Below are positions 40,104 through 51,133 of a DNA stretch of 64,000 nucleotides, piece by piece. The translations under genes and the position numbers were made by a program. This DNA is from Gammaproteobacteria bacterium. GTDB lineage: Bacteria > Pseudomonadota > Gammaproteobacteria > GCA-001735895. The stretch's first letter is position 1; each line of letters begins with the position of its first letter. The notes below the pieces were generated by a model. The model did not search any database and was not told the DNA's origin. It saw only the letters and a list, made by a program, of their open reading frames with translations. Location of the stretch: contig JBNKUM010000009.1 in assembly GCA_050298595.1 (NCBI GenBank), positions 53,882 through 117,881 on the forward strand. The letters run 5' to 3'.

Positions 40104-41147
40104 ATGTTGAATCAGCAATCATCTGGAATAACCGTTGCCGAACTTGCTAATCGTTTAGCTATTGAATTTCAGGGAGATGGTGATCAGCGAATTCTTTCAG
40201 TTGCTTCTTTCAGTTCAGCGACTAACAGTGACCTTTGCTTCCTGCAATCTGAAACTTATTTACCTCAGCTACTCAGCAGTCAATGCGGTGCAGTCATTGT
40301 TGGCCAGGGATTTGCTCAGGAAATAGCTACTGCAGCTCGATTGATTGCTAAAAACCCGCATAAAGCCTTCGTCGAAGCGATATACCTTTTAAAGCCAGAA
40401 TTATCACCTGATGTTATCAAGGATAGCAATATCCATCCATCTGCTCAGGTCGATGATAGTGCAGAGCTGGGAAAGAATATTCAGATTGCAGCAAATTGTG
40501 TCATCGGTAAGCGCGTCAAAATCGGCGATTATGTTCGAATAGGTGCGGGTTGTATTGTTGAAGATGATGTTTACATTGGAGACCGAAGCCATCTGCTAAG
40601 TAATGTCACCTTATGCCATGACGTCTCGCTCGGTGAACGGGTGATCTTACATCCAGGTGTGGTGATAGGGTCTGATGGGTTTGGCCTGGTTTACGATGAA
40701 GGTCACTGGGTTAAAATACCGCATCTAGGCGGTGTCATAATTGGTGATCGGGTCGAAATAGGTGCAAATACCACTGTAGATCGTGGTGCACTTGATAATA
40801 CGGAGATCGAGAATGGGGTCAAGCTGGATAATCTCATTCAGGTTGCCCATAACGTACGTATCGGTGAAAACACCGCAATTGCTGCGTGCGTAGGCATTGC
40901 AGGAAGTGCAATTATCGGTAAAAACTGTAGAATCTCGGGGGCCGCAGTAGTACTGGGGCATTTAACAATTACTGATAATGTTACCATCACAGCGATGTCG
41001 CTGGTGACAAAAAGTATAAAACAAAGCGGTACCTATTCTTCCGGAACCCCATTAATGGAAAACCATCTTTGGCATCGCAATAATGTGCGATATAAATCGC
41101 TCGATAAACTGGCCAGAACTATTTCTCGGCTAGAAAAAACATCTTAA
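40104..41147 (+). CDS. lpxD: UDP-3-O-acyl-glucosamine N-acyltransferase
   Basis: Hexapeptide repeats, [21 protein letters not shown]. Confidence 0.96.
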   Translation: MLNQQSSGITVAELANRLAIEFQGDGDQRILSVASFSSATNSDLCFLQSETYLPQLLSSQCGAVIVGQGFAQEIATAARLIAKNPHKAFVEAIYLLKPELSPDVIKDSNIHPSAQVDDSAELGKNIQIAANCVIGKRVKIGDYVRIGAGCIVEDDVYIGDRSHLLSNVTLCHDVSLGERVILHPGVVIGSDGFGLVYDEGHWVKIPHLGGVIIGDRVEIGANTTVDRGALDNTEIENGVKLDNLIQVAHNVRIGENTAIAACVGIAGSAIIGKNCRISGAAVVLGHLTITDNVTITAMSLVTKSIKQSGTYSSGTPLMENHLWHRNNVRYKSLDKLARTISRLEKTS

Positions 41148-41159
41148 CTAAGAGAGCTT

Positions 41160-41606
41160 ATGATCGAATTTGATATTCAACAGGTGATGAAGTATCTGCC
41201 TCACCGATTTCCCTTCTTACTCATTGACCGTGTAATAGAATGTACTGCTGGTGAACATTTAACTGCTCTTAAAAATGTCACTATCAATGAGCCATTTTTT
41301 CAGGGGCACTTCCCTGAGCAACCTATTATGCCCGGTGTGCTGGTCATAGAAGCATTAGCACAGGCAACTGGCTTATTGTCTTTTTGTAGCATGCAGGCAG
41401 ACCATAATCAAAAGCTGTATGTGTTGGTCGGTATAGATAAAGCGCGTTTTAGAGGGCAGGTCTTGCCTGGTGATCAATTGCATTTACAGGTTAGCTTAAA
41501 ACGAAATATGCGCGGCATATTGATGTTTCAGGGAAAAGCTCTGGTAGATGGTAAGGTAGTGGCCGAGGCCGAACTGATGTGCAGCGCACAGGACAGAAAG
41601 ATATGA
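41160..41606 (+). CDS. fabZ: 3-hydroxyacyl-ACP dehydratase
   Basis: [30 protein letters not shown]. Confidence 0.97.
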   Translation: MIEFDIQQVMKYLPHRFPFLLIDRVIECTAGEHLTALKNVTINEPFFQGHFPEQPIMPGVLVIEALAQATGLLSFCSMQADHNQKLYVLVGIDKARFRGQVLPGDQLHLQVSLKRNMRGILMFQGKALVDGKVVAEAELMCSAQDRKI

Positions 41607-42373
41607 TACACCCTACGGCAATTATCGACCCCTCTGCCCAATTGGGCAAAGATGTGAGTATAGGTGCCTATAGTGTTATTGGAGCAGATGTCAGTATTGG
41701 AGACTTAACCTGGGTTGGCCCGCATGTGGTCATCTCAGGACCTACCATCATAGGAAAGCATAATAAAATTTATCAATTCAGCTCTTTGGGCGAAGCGCCT
41801 CAAGATTTGAAATACGGAGGAGAACCGACGAAGTTAAGCGTTGGTGATCATAATGTAATCCGTGAATATGTAACCTTTAATCGAGGTACCGTAGATGGCA
41901 CTGGCGTAACTCGAATTGGTAGTAACAACCTGTTTATGGCCTATTGTCATGTTGCACATGATTGTCGTGTGGGTGATCACACGGTTTTTGCTAATGCAGC
42001 CTCTTTGGCTGGTCATGTAGAGGTTGGAGATTACGCGACGTTAGGAGGATTTACTTCGGTTCATCAGTTTTCCCGCCTCGGTACTCGCTGTTTTACCGGG
42101 CTTGGCTCCGTCATTACTCAGGATATTCCTCCGTATTCAACGGCAGCTGGTAATCGAGCAAGAGCCATTGCAATTAATAAGGTGGGCTTAAGCAGGAAAG
42201 GGTTTTCCAGTGACTTAATTGCCGCTTTACATAAGAGCTTCCGCTTGTTAATAAAATCAAAAAAATCGCAACAAGATGCACTTGCTGAACTGCAGCCCTT
42301 TATGGCTTTATATCCTGAAGTAAAAATGTTTGTTGAATTCGTCATCAGCAGCAAGCGTGGAATAGCCCGCTAA
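41603..42373 (+). CDS. lpxA: UDP-N-acetylglucosamine O-acyltransferase
   Basis: [24 protein letters not shown]; ATGA overlap with fabZ. Confidence 0.97.
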   Translation: MIHPTAIIDPSAQLGKDVSIGAYSVIGADVSIGDLTWVGPHVVISGPTIIGKHNKIYQFSSLGEAPQDLKYGGEPTKLSVGDHNVIREYVTFNRGTVDGTGVTRIGSNNLFMAYCHVAHDCRVGDHTVFANAASLAGHVEVGDYATLGGFTSVHQFSRLGTRCFTGLGSVITQDIPPYSTAAGNRARAIAINKVGLSRKGFSSDLIAALHKSFRLLIKSKKSQQDALAELQPFMALYPEVKMFVEFVISSKRGIAR

Positions 42374-42418
42374 CTTCTACCTTAATCGATAATCAATCAC
42401 ATTTAGCCTATTGTTAAA

Positions 42419-43108
42419 TTGAATATAATCGCCATTGAAACCTCTACCGAGGCATGCTCGGTAGCTTTACTACGTGATGATGACAAGCTATTCAGTGAGT
42501 TTGAGATTACCCCGCGAGAACATACTCGATATCTTCCAGTAATGCTCGACTCAGTTTATAAACGAGCGGGTATCAATCGTAATCAAACAAATGCTGTTGC
42601 TTATAGCAGTGGCCCAGGAGCCTTTACCGGAGTCCGTATAGCGGCTGCAACTGCTCAGGGATTAGCAATTGGTTTTAATGTTCCTCTTATTCCGATTTCT
42701 ACCTTAGCTGTATTGGCACAACAATCCTGTGATGAGCACGATGTTGATAATGTGTTAAGCGCTCTGGATGCGCGCATGGGTGAAACCTATTGTGCTCATT
42801 ACCTGCGCAAAGGGCAGGGGCTGGTAGAATTACAGGGCGAAGAACAATTAATCAAACTGGATCTTTTAGAAATACCTGAAAAAGCTGTTGGCGCTGGGTC
42901 AGGATTTCAGGCCTGTCAACAAGCTGGAAAGCAATTTTCTTCAAACCTGATAATCTATGCTGATATCTATCCAACGGCAGTTGCATTGGTAAAGCTGGCG
43001 AAAAATGCTGCAGATAAAAATCAGCAGGTAAGCGTAGCTCAAACCCATATCAACTATATCCGCAACAAGGTCGCGGAAAAAAAATCAACACCATCGTTAA
43101 GCTTCTAA
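42419..43108 (+). CDS. tsaB: t6A biosynthesis protein TsaB
   Basis: AIETSTEACSVAL, GPGAFTGVRI, DARMGE. Confidence 0.94.
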   Translation: MNIIAIETSTEACSVALLRDDDKLFSEFEITPREHTRYLPVMLDSVYKRAGINRNQTNAVAYSSGPGAFTGVRIAAATAQGLAIGFNVPLIPISTLAVLAQQSCDEHDVDNVLSALDARMGETYCAHYLRKGQGLVELQGEEQLIKLDLLEIPEKAVGAGSGFQACQQAGKQFSSNLIIYADIYPTAVALVKLAKNAADKNQQVSVAQTHINYIRNKVAEKKSTPSLSF

Positions 43109-43110
43109 AA

Positions 43111-44127
43111 GTGACAACTCTAATCTACCCCTATGGGACGCCAGCGCTGAGTGGTGTTATTAAACAGAACCCTGAAGATTTTGAGGTTCATGAGCAACTG
43201 GGTTTTGAGTTTAGCGGAGAGGGTGAACATTTATTTATAGAGGTCGAGAAAACCGAACTCACCACTTTCCGGCTTATCGAGATTATCGCAAAACACTGTG
43301 GTGTAGCTGCCAAACAGATTGGCTATTCGGGATTAAAAGATAAACAGGCCGTCACCCGTCAGTGGTTGAGTATTCAGTTGCCGGGTTGTAAACAAATGCC
43401 TGATATTCCAGATGGAGAGCAATATCGTATTCTGGATAAGCAATGGCATGATAAAAAACTGCGAGTGGGTGTACATAGATTCAATGATTTCGAAATCACA
43501 ATTCGAGACATCGAAGGCAATGTTGAGCAACTCACTTCAACTGTGGAACAGATAAAGAAATCTGGATTTGCTAACTATTTTGGACAGCAACGTTTCGGGG
43601 TAAATCAGGATAACGTCTCACAGGCGATAAGGATGCTAGGTAATCGACATAAGTGCAAGCGCCTCAGTCGTCAAAAAAAGAGTCTTTATCTATCCGCATT
43701 ACGCAGCGAGTTATTTAATCAGATTTTAACTCGCAGGATTCATCAAAATATCTGGATGCAACCGATAGATGGAGATTTATTTATGCTATGCGGGACTCAA
43801 TCCATGTTTGCAGAACCCCTCAACGATGCATTAATACAGCGCTATCAGGAGCTGGATATACATAGCACCGTAAGTTTGATGGGTAGTGGGGAAAATCGAC
43901 TTTCGGGTCAGGCGTTAGCTATAGAAAATGAGCTGCTGAATGATTCTTCCGAAATTATTGAAATTCTGAATCAGCAGGACGTTAAAAGAGCATATAGATC
44001 AAATCGGGCGCTAGCTTACCAGATGGCTATAGAGTTTCTTGATACATCCACTCTTTTTCTCAAGGTCAGACTGGAAAGAGGTGTTTTCCTGACATCGTTA
44101 TTGAGCCACTTTATCTCAATCCAATAA
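43111..44127 (+). CDS. truD: tRNA pseudouridine(13) synthase
   Basis: GEGEH, GLKDKQAVTRQW, NYFGQQRFG. Confidence 0.94.
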   Translation: MTTLIYPYGTPALSGVIKQNPEDFEVHEQLGFEFSGEGEHLFIEVEKTELTTFRLIEIIAKHCGVAAKQIGYSGLKDKQAVTRQWLSIQLPGCKQMPDIPDGEQYRILDKQWHDKKLRVGVHRFNDFEITIRDIEGNVEQLTSTVEQIKKSGFANYFGQQRFGVNQDNVSQAIRMLGNRHKCKRLSRQKKSLYLSALRSELFNQILTRRIHQNIWMQPIDGDLFMLCGTQSMFAEPLNDALIQRYQELDIHSTVSLMGSGENRLSGQALAIENELLNDSSEIIEILNQQDVKRAYRSNRALAYQMAIEFLDTSTLFLKVRLERGVFLTSLLSHFISIQ

Positions 44128-44181
44128 TTGACATAACTATTCGCTTATTTTGTAACGAGCTACGAATGATCAGCGGTTATC

Positions 44182-44865
44182 TTAATGATCATGCATCATA
44201 AAAGTAGAGAAACCGGCAACCTGAGTCACTCCATAGATTATAAGTAGAAGCCCCAATACAATTCGGAATGTCTTATTTTGTAGAATAATTTTTATGTTCT
44301 GTGCGAAATGCCCGATAAGAAGCAGAGTAGGCAAGGTACCCAGGCCGAATACCAGCATTGTCAGCGCTGAATGTAGCGGGTTGATCTGTGTCATGGCTAA
44401 TGCAAGTGCTGAATAAACCAGCCCACAAGGTAGCCAGCCCCAGACCAGGCCAAGCTTCCAGGCATCAAAAGGGGTTTGAGCGGGTAAATATTTTCTACCA
44501 AAAGGTTCAATCTTCAGCCACAGCTTTTGTCCACTTAACTCCAGGTATTTAAAACTGTTCAGTAACTGGCTGATGTAAAGTCCAAGTAAAATAAAAAACA
44601 CCCCAGATACCTTCATCGAGAAAGCGTGGGGGTTTGGCAGCATTTCTATTAACCGGCTGGAAAAAAAACCTATTAATAAACCGAAAAAACTGTAGCTGGT
44701 AATTCGCCCAATATTGTAGAACAACTGAATCCAGAAAGATTGATTGCTGGTTTTTCCGCTAAAGTTGGTGCTTAAGGTGCTGATAATACCGCCACACATG
44801 CCTACACAGTGAGTTGAACCAATCAGCCCCATTAAGAGCGCTGAAAGCAAGGTGGCGATATTCAT
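44182..44865 (-). CDS. DsbD_2 / TauE-like membrane protein (cbb3 oxidase copper/biogenesis factor)
   Basis: HCVGMCGG, YNIGRITSY, GWLPCGLVY, FGLGTLP. Confidence 0.85.
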   Translation of the reverse strand: MNIATLLSALLMGLIGSTHCVGMCGGIISTLSTNFSGKTSNQSFWIQLFYNIGRITSYSFFGLLIGFFSSRLIEMLPNPHAFSMKVSGVFFILLGLYISQLLNSFKYLELSGQKLWLKIEPFGRKYLPAQTPFDAWKLGLVWGWLPCGLVYSALALAMTQINPLHSALTMLVFGLGTLPTLLLIGHFAQNIKIILQNKTFRIVLGLLLIIYGVTQVAGFSTFMMHDH

Positions 44866-44878
44866 ACAAACTGCTTTA

Positions 44879-45400
44879 TCAGGAAGTAATATTTAACAGA
44901 ATATGCTGTGCATCTTTGGTTTTGAGGTCTTGCTTTAAACGCCAGCTTTTATCCGCGATGATTTGAATGGTCCAGCGACCCTCGATTACCGGTGGCTTGA
45001 TATAGCCACGGTAATCGGGTTTATTTTCGAGACGGTTCAAGGTAGTCGTCTGATCGGCACCAGAGAGAGTCCGGTGAATCAGTTTAAAGGTGATTTCTGG
45101 AGTCAACTCATAACTCTTAGCAGATGACATGGAAACCAGCACTTCACCTGTCTCAGCATTAACATCAACAAGTGCGGATAAACCAAGCTCAGTAGATTTC
45201 CGGTCACGACTCAATTCCTGATTAATTGCCTGTCCCTCTTTATAGTAGTCATCAACTACCAGGCTATCCTGATTAGCAACTGCGATGTAAACAGTAAGTA
45301 ACCCGGCTACTACCGCAGTAGCAGGCAGAGCAATTACCATCCAGACCATGGGGTTACGGTACCATGGCTGATTTTCTACTTGATTTGGGTTGGTGGGCAT
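44879..45400 (-). CDS. ccoH: FixH/CcoH family protein
   Basis: PWYRNP..W...LP, DSLVVDDYYKEGQAIN; follows ccoG. Confidence 0.88.
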   Translation of the reverse strand: MPTNPNQVENQPWYRNPMVWMVIALPATAVVAGLLTVYIAVANQDSLVVDDYYKEGQAINQELSRDRKSTELGLSALVDVNAETGEVLVSMSSAKSYELTPEITFKLIHRTLSGADQTTTLNRLENKPDYRGYIKPPVIEGRWTIQIIADKSWRLKQDLKTKDAQHILLNITS

Positions 45401-45405
45401 ATTTT

Positions 45406-46824
45406 CTATTTTCCGGGTTTAGGGCCTATGAATCGGGCTTCTTCTACCACGCTGAGATCAGTGTCATCTGCTTTTATGGTAAAGAAAACCTGCGAAGTTT
45501 TCCTTTCCAGGTCTTCAGGGTCTACTTCGATACTTACTGGTACTTCGACAACTGCTCCAGATTCTACCAGCACATGGTTCTTGGGAATGTTAAGTTTCAT
45601 TCCATCCAGCCCATCAATACTGATGAGGAAGTTATGCCCACTCATATCTTTGTTAATGAGTTTGAGGGTGTATACATTCTCAATAAGACCCATGCCAGTT
45701 TCTCTATACAGTGAATTTCTATCACGAATGATATCCAGTTCAAGCATTGGTCGAGTGTAAATACCGATAGCTGTACCGATAGTAATAGCCATTAAAATAA
45801 TGGCATATACGATAATCCGAGGGCGTAGAAAGTTGGTATGTGCACCTTCAAGCATATTCTCGGTGGTGTATTTAATCAGACCTTTTGCATCACCGATTTT
45901 TTCCATTACTTCATCACAGGCATCGATACAGGCGGCACAACCGATACACTGATATTGCAGGCCGTCTCTGATATCTATACCAGTTGGGCATACCTGAACG
46001 CAGATTGAGCAATCGATGCAACTCCCAAGATTAGCCTGCTCAGGTGAAACACCGCGCTTACGAGCACCACGAGGTTCGCCGCGCTTTTCATCATAGGAAA
46101 TAACCAGTGTGTTTTTATCAAACATAGCGCTCTGAAATCTGGCGTAAGGGCACATATAAATACAAACCTGTTCACGCAACCAGCCTGCATTACCATAGGT
46201 GGCAAAGCCATAAAATATGATCCAGAATATTTCCCATGGCCCAAAAGCCAGGGTAGGTATAGCAGCTGCTAAGTCATAGATAGGACTGAAGTAACCGACA
46301 AAGGTAAAGCCGGTAAACAAAGAGAATATTCCCCATAGAAAATGCTTGATGGCTTTTTTTGTGAACTTCTTACCGCTCATAGGCATTCCATCAAGCTTCA
46401 TCTGTTGCTGACGAGTACCTTCTACTTTGCGTTCAATCCATAAAAAAGCTTCAGTCCAGACGGTTTGCGGACAGGCGTAACCACACCATAGGCGTCCAGC
46501 CAGTGCAGTAAAAAAGAACAGAGATAATGCTGCGATAACCAGCAACATAGTCAGATAGATGAAATCCTGTGGCCAGAAAACCATGCCCAGGATGTAGAAT
46601 TTTCGAGCCGGTAAGTCAAATAAAATTGCCTGACGACCATCCCACATGATCCACGGCATGATGTAGTAGATGCCAAGTAGTGTCGTCATCCCCGACCCCC
46701 TTAACAGGGCAAAAAGACCATGAACCTGTCGCGGGTAGATTTTTTTACGTTTTTGATAAAGATCTTGCTCAATAGGCATCTTTTCCGCTACATCAGCTGT
46801 AGCAGCCTGCTTGTTTTCAGTCAT
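45406..46824 (-). CDS. ccoG: cbb3 oxidase accessory 4Fe-4S protein CcoG/FixG
   Basis: GRLWCGYACPQ, CIYMCPY, CIDCSICVQVCP, CIGCAACIDAC. Confidence 0.96.
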   Translation of the reverse strand: MTENKQAATADVAEKMPIEQDLYQKRKKIYPRQVHGLFALLRGSGMTTLLGIYYIMPWIMWDGRQAILFDLPARKFYILGMVFWPQDFIYLTMLLVIAALSLFFFTALAGRLWCGYACPQTVWTEAFLWIERKVEGTRQQQMKLDGMPMSGKKFTKKAIKHFLWGIFSLFTGFTFVGYFSPIYDLAAAIPTLAFGPWEIFWIIFYGFATYGNAGWLREQVCIYMCPYARFQSAMFDKNTLVISYDEKRGEPRGARKRGVSPEQANLGSCIDCSICVQVCPTGIDIRDGLQYQCIGCAACIDACDEVMEKIGDAKGLIKYTTENMLEGAHTNFLRPRIIVYAIILMAITIGTAIGIYTRPMLELDIIRDRNSLYRETGMGLIENVYTLKLINKDMSGHNFLISIDGLDGMKLNIPKNHVLVESGAVVEVPVSIEVDPEDLERKTSQVFFTIKADDTDLSVVEEARFIGPKPGK

Positions 46825-46863
46825 GATATACGTCTTACTAAAAGTTAAAAAATCGGTAAAGCC

Positions 46864-47160
46864 TCATTCCGTGCTGTGTCCGACTACATCCTTATGTGCG
46901 GCAGAAGGTGTACACGGTTTTGCAAAATATAGAGTCAGCATACTGGGCAGAATAGCAAATGCCCAGAACAGGAAGAAACCAATCGAATAGGCTCCTGTTC
47001 TGGATATCTCGATTTCTGCAAATACAAAATGGGGATCAAACAGGGTGAAAAAAATAACCGTTTCTACACTTGCTACCAGAAAGGATGGCCACAATATTGC
47101 AATCCATTTCTGAGCAGTTGGAATTTTTTTATTTTCACTATTCGTGTTTTGATCATCCAT
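46864..47160 (-). CDS. Small membrane protein between ccoP and ccoG
   Basis: Two TM segments; ILWPSFLVA...FFTLFDP...YSIGFFLFW. Confidence 0.75.
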   Translation of the reverse strand: MDDQNTNSENKKIPTAQKWIAILWPSFLVASVETVIFFTLFDPHFVFAEIEISRTGAYSIGFFLFWAFAILPSMLTLYFAKPCTPSAAHKDVVGHSTE

Positions 47161-47196
47161 ATTTTTTGTCCCCCAGGGCTTGTTGGTATATAAGTA

Positions 47197-48099
47197 TTAC
47201 TTTTGACTTAATCCGTAAACATATGCAGCTAGAATATGTACCTTTTCTTCTCCAAGTAGATCTTTATGGGCGGGCATGACGCCTCTTCTGCCATTAGCTA
47301 TAGATTGTTCAATCACTGCGCGTGTTGAGCCATATAGCCATATGTTATCAGTAAGGTTTGGAGCTCCAAGAGCAGTCATTCCCTTTCCATCGGGCTGGTG
47401 ACAGGCTGCACATATGGTTGTAAAGGTTTTTTTACCTTCAGTAACTTCATCAGCAGGCACTTCCCGGCCCGAAAGGCTTAAGATATAGGAGGCTACATTT
47501 TTAACGCCTGCATCACCAAGCGTTGCATGCCAGGCTGGCATACTACCATTTCTACCAGCCAATATCGTAGTTTTTATCTGCTCAGGGGAGCCACCATACA
47601 ACCAGTCATTATCAGTCAAATTTGGAAATCCTCTTGCACCTTTAGCATCAGATCCATGACAAACTGCACAATTATTGGCGAATAAGCGACCACCAGTGCG
47701 AATAGCATTTTCATTTTTCGACAACTCAGGAATCGGGATGCTGGCGTATTCCTTATACAATGGCTCGTATTGTTCCTTTGCTATCTTAACTTCTTCACTA
47801 TGAGCACCAGCACTGGACCAGCCTAACACGCCTTTGGCAGTACCCAGTCCTGGATAAAGCACCAGATAACCAAGACCAAATGCGATAGTGATATAAAACA
47901 TCGCGACCCACCAGAATGGCAGGGGGGTATTTAATTCTTCAATTCCATCCCATTCGTGACCGGTAGATTTAACCTTTTCTCCTGTTTGAACAGCTATGGT
48001 TTTAGAATTTGAAATAAGTAAGTATACCAACCAGGCAATGCCGCCAAGGGTGCCGGTGGAAATAAAAAACGTCCAGAATGAACTAAAAAAATCTGACAT
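47197..48099 (-). CDS. ccoP: cbb3-type cytochrome c oxidase subunit III
   Basis: GHEWDGIEELNTPLP.WW; CAVCH and CAACH. Confidence 0.97.
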   Translation of the reverse strand: MSDFFSSFWTFFISTGTLGGIAWLVYLLISNSKTIAVQTGEKVKSTGHEWDGIEELNTPLPFWWVAMFYITIAFGLGYLVLYPGLGTAKGVLGWSSAGAHSEEVKIAKEQYEPLYKEYASIPIPELSKNENAIRTGGRLFANNCAVCHGSDAKGARGFPNLTDNDWLYGGSPEQIKTTILAGRNGSMPAWHATLGDAGVKNVASYILSLSGREVPADEVTEGKKTFTTICAACHQPDGKGMTALGAPNLTDNIWLYGSTRAVIEQSIANGRRGVMPAHKDLLGEEKVHILAAYVYGLSQK

Positions 48100-48105
48100 C
48101 AGAGA

Positions 48106-48276
48106 TTACTCCTCTGTTTTATGTGGGGTAGTTTTTGAATTATCGTCGTCGTCAAGTGCCAGCCTGGCAGCTTCATCGAAATCTTTTTTGCGCTTGCCGC
48201 TAAAAGCCCATAGCACAATGCCGATAAAGATAATAAAAACGATAACCGTCCAGATTGAATGACCTAAGCTAGACAT
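48106..48276 (-). CDS. ccoQ: cbb3-type oxidase subunit IV (56 aa, absent from ORF track)
   Basis: Translated by hand: MSSLGHSIWTVIVFIIFIGIVLWAFSGKRKKDFDEAARLALDDDD...; lies between ccoO and ccoP. Confidence 0.92.
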   Translation of the reverse strand: MSSLGHSIWTVIVFIIFIGIVLWAFSGKRKKDFDEAARLALDDDDNSKTTPHKTEE

Positions 48277-48278
48277 AA

Positions 48279-48887
48279 TCAAATACCCTTTAATGATGTG
48301 CCAAGTGACTGAAGGTAAGCGACAACGGCATCCTGTTCACTTTTTCCTGCAAGATCTTTGGCAGCATTATTAATTTGTTCATCCGTATAGGGATGACCCA
48401 GATAGCGTAACCCCTCCATCCTTTGTTTAATCTGTGTGGTATCCAGTTTATTCTTCGCCAGCCAGGGATAGGATGGCATGATGGACTCAGGAACCACGTC
48501 GCGCGGATTGTTCAGATGCGCTCTGTGCCAGTCATCGGAATAACGTCCACCGACCCGATGCAAATCAGGCCCTGTACGTTTTGACCCCCACAGGAATGGG
48601 CGATCATAGATGAATTCACCCGCAGTAGAATAATGGCCATAACGTTCGGTTTCTGCACGAAAAGGACGGATCATCTGTGAATGACAGCTCACACAGCCTT
48701 CGCGGATATAGATATCACGCCCTGACAGTTGTAAAGCTGTGTAGGGTTTTAAGCCTTCAACCGGCAATGTAGTACTGGTCTGGAAAAATAGAGGCACAAT
48801 TTGAACCAGGCCGCCAACACTGATGGCACAGATGACCAATATAATCAGCAGGCCGATATTCTTTTCAACTTTATCTTGAATTGACAT
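48279..48887 (-). CDS. ccoO: cbb3-type oxidase subunit II
   Basis: [30 protein letters not shown]. Confidence 0.98.
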   Translation of the reverse strand: MSIQDKVEKNIGLLIILVICAISVGGLVQIVPLFFQTSTTLPVEGLKPYTALQLSGRDIYIREGCVSCHSQMIRPFRAETERYGHYSTAGEFIYDRPFLWGSKRTGPDLHRVGGRYSDDWHRAHLNNPRDVVPESIMPSYPWLAKNKLDTTQIKQRMEGLRYLGHPYTDEQINNAAKDLAGKSEQDAVVAYLQSLGTSLKGI

Positions 48888-48898
48888 GTGATTATCTC

Positions 48899-50326
48899 CT
48901 AATGCGCAGCGGGGACAGGGATTAAAGATTCAGCAGGTTTGGCACCTGCGATAGTTTTAATCAGGTTATAAGCCATAATAAACATACCCGACAGGAAGAA
49001 AATCCCACCTAGAAGACGAATCACATAAAATGGATGCATCGCCTGTACAGATTCGACAAAGCTATAAGTAAGCGTACCGTCATCGTTAACCGCACGCCAC
49101 ATCAGGCCCTGCATAATGCCTGAAATCCACATAGAGGTTATGTATAGCACTACACCGATAGTTGATATCCAGAAATGAGTTTCTATTAGCCTGGGGCTAT
49201 AGACTTCACGACCAAACAGGCGAGGAATCAGATAGTACATAGAACCGATTGAGATGAAGGCCACCCAACCTAAGGCACCAGAATGCACATGTCCAACTGT
49301 CCAGTCGGTGTAATGAGATAGTGCATTTACCGTTTTGATAGCCATCATCGGGCCTTCAAATGTAGACATGCCGTAAAAAGATACCGAAACAATCAGGAAT
49401 TTCAAAATAGGATCAGAGCGTAATTTCTCCCAGCTGCCGGATAGAGTCATGATGCCGTTAATCATTCCGCCCCAACTTGGTGCCAGCAGGATCAAAGACA
49501 TCACCATGCCCAGTGACTGAGTCCAGTCAGGTAGCGCGGTGTAATGAAGATGATGAGGACCTGCCCAGATATAGGTAAATGACAGTGCCCAGAAATGCAC
49601 AACGGATAAACGATAGGAATAAACCGGGCGGTTAGCCTGTTTGGGGATAAAGTAATACATGATGCCAAGGAAGCCAGCAGTCAGAAAGAACCCCACTGCA
49701 TTATGTCCATACCACCATTGAACCATCGCATCCTGAACCCCTGAGTACATGGAGTAAGACTTGAAAAAACCAACAGGTAAAGCCATGCTGTTAAAGATAT
49801 GTAGAACAGCAATGGTTATAATGAAACTGCCATAAAACCAGTTCGCTACATAGATATGTTTGACCTTACGTTTCGCGATAGTGCCGAAAAAGACAACTGC
49901 GTAAGACACCCAAACTGCACCAATCAGTAGATCGATCGGCCATTCCAGTTCTGCATACTCCTTACTGGAGGTATAGCCCAGTGGCAGAGTGATTACGGCA
50001 GAAACGATAACAGCCTGCCAGCCCCAGAAAGTAAAACTCGCCAGTTTTGGCGAGAACAGAGCTGCGTAGCAGGTACGCTGAACCACGTAATACGACGTCG
50101 CGAATAGTGCCGAACCACCAAAGGCGAAAACCACAGCATTGGTATGCAAGGGTCTGAGACGACCGAATGAAAACCACGGTAGATCAAAGTTTAAAGCAGG
50201 CCAGGCCAGCTGGGCTGCGATGGTGACTCCAACAGTCATACCAATTATGCCCCATATAATGGTCATAATTGAAAACTGTCGAACCACCTTATAATTATAT
50301 AGCTCGGTTGTAGGTTGGTTAGACAT
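48899..50326 (-). CDS. ccoN: cbb3-type oxidase subunit I
   Basis: [33 protein letters not shown]. Confidence 0.98.
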   Translation of the reverse strand: MSNQPTTELYNYKVVRQFSIMTIIWGIIGMTVGVTIAAQLAWPALNFDLPWFSFGRLRPLHTNAVVFAFGGSALFATSYYVVQRTCYAALFSPKLASFTFWGWQAVIVSAVITLPLGYTSSKEYAELEWPIDLLIGAVWVSYAVVFFGTIAKRKVKHIYVANWFYGSFIITIAVLHIFNSMALPVGFFKSYSMYSGVQDAMVQWWYGHNAVGFFLTAGFLGIMYYFIPKQANRPVYSYRLSVVHFWALSFTYIWAGPHHLHYTALPDWTQSLGMVMSLILLAPSWGGMINGIMTLSGSWEKLRSDPILKFLIVSVSFYGMSTFEGPMMAIKTVNALSHYTDWTVGHVHSGALGWVAFISIGSMYYLIPRLFGREVYSPRLIETHFWISTIGVVLYITSMWISGIMQGLMWRAVNDDGTLTYSFVESVQAMHPFYVIRLLGGIFFLSGMFIMAYNLIKTIAGAKPAESLIPVPAAH

Positions 50327-50396
50327 ATTGATTCCAGGTTAATAGATAAGAAATTGCTAATATGGTTATTTATTGTCGAATGTTTCATCTCAAAAA

Positions 50397-50430
50397 GCAA
50401 AAAAAAATGGCTAACTTGAGTTAACCATTT
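50397..50430 (-). terminator. Rho-independent terminator between the Yip1 pseudogene and ccoN
   Basis: Minus strand AAATGGTTAACT-ca-AGTTAGCCATTT followed by a long T run. Confidence 0.7.
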
Positions 50431-50480
50431 CGTGGCACAGGTATGATATCAATACCTGATGAGTTTGTAATTTAAAAATC

Positions 50481-51082
50481 TCAATTTGTAAACTGGGGAT
50501 GCAAACCACAGCCCAACATTAGAGCAGTTATAGTCAACAGCCTCACCAGAACGACCAGTCCGAGTAAGGCACTGGACATCAGGAAGCCCTTATCTTCAGA
50601 GGTATTCATTAAAACCGGTACGCCTGTGTAAAGCAGGAAAACGCAATGGGCCAATGCTATCAGACCCAGCTACAGGTTAACCCGGAGTACCGGATAAAAT
50701 TCGACAAAGCCGACCAGAAAAAAATAGGGGTGGATACACAGGCCGACAATGCGATACAACGATTAAGCGAGGTGTTTCCACCATAGGTTTTGTATATCCA
50801 GCGCACTATCAGACCAAGTCCAGCTACTGCCGTGACTACCGCGATGTAATACAATACTGTTAAGGTTATCGTGCTTTCGCTGGTTAATTTCACGGTTTCG
50901 CGTCCACCGATTTGCCAACCGGATGTGGTAGTGCCATAGTATCCGGCTACTGGGCCGATCAACGCCAGAATCAGGACATAGCCATATAGCAAGCCGGGAA
51001 TATTATTATCTTCCCGGCTTATTTTTTGTCATTCCTGTTTTGGGTTGATGATAAGGCCCGGAGCGTGGGTAAGATTGAACAT
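50481..51082 (-). pseudogene. Yip1/DUF1282 (YohC-like) membrane protein pseudogene
   Basis: GAGGAGG RBS, MFNLTHAPGLIINPKQE* (TGA 51031-51029 where Trp is expected), later frameshift/TAG; C-terminal LLYTGVPVLM...KGFLMSS retained. Confidence 0.82.
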
Positions 51083-51133
51083 ATTGCCTCCTCATTTATA
51101 TTTTTTATTGTAAGATTTATGGTTATTTTTTAG

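Noticed and set aside
24358-51031. In-frame TGA codons in the M48 and Yip1 genes as recoding (Sec/Trp)
   Set aside because: Both genes also have frameshifts and TAA/TAG stops, and many intact genes here end in TGA
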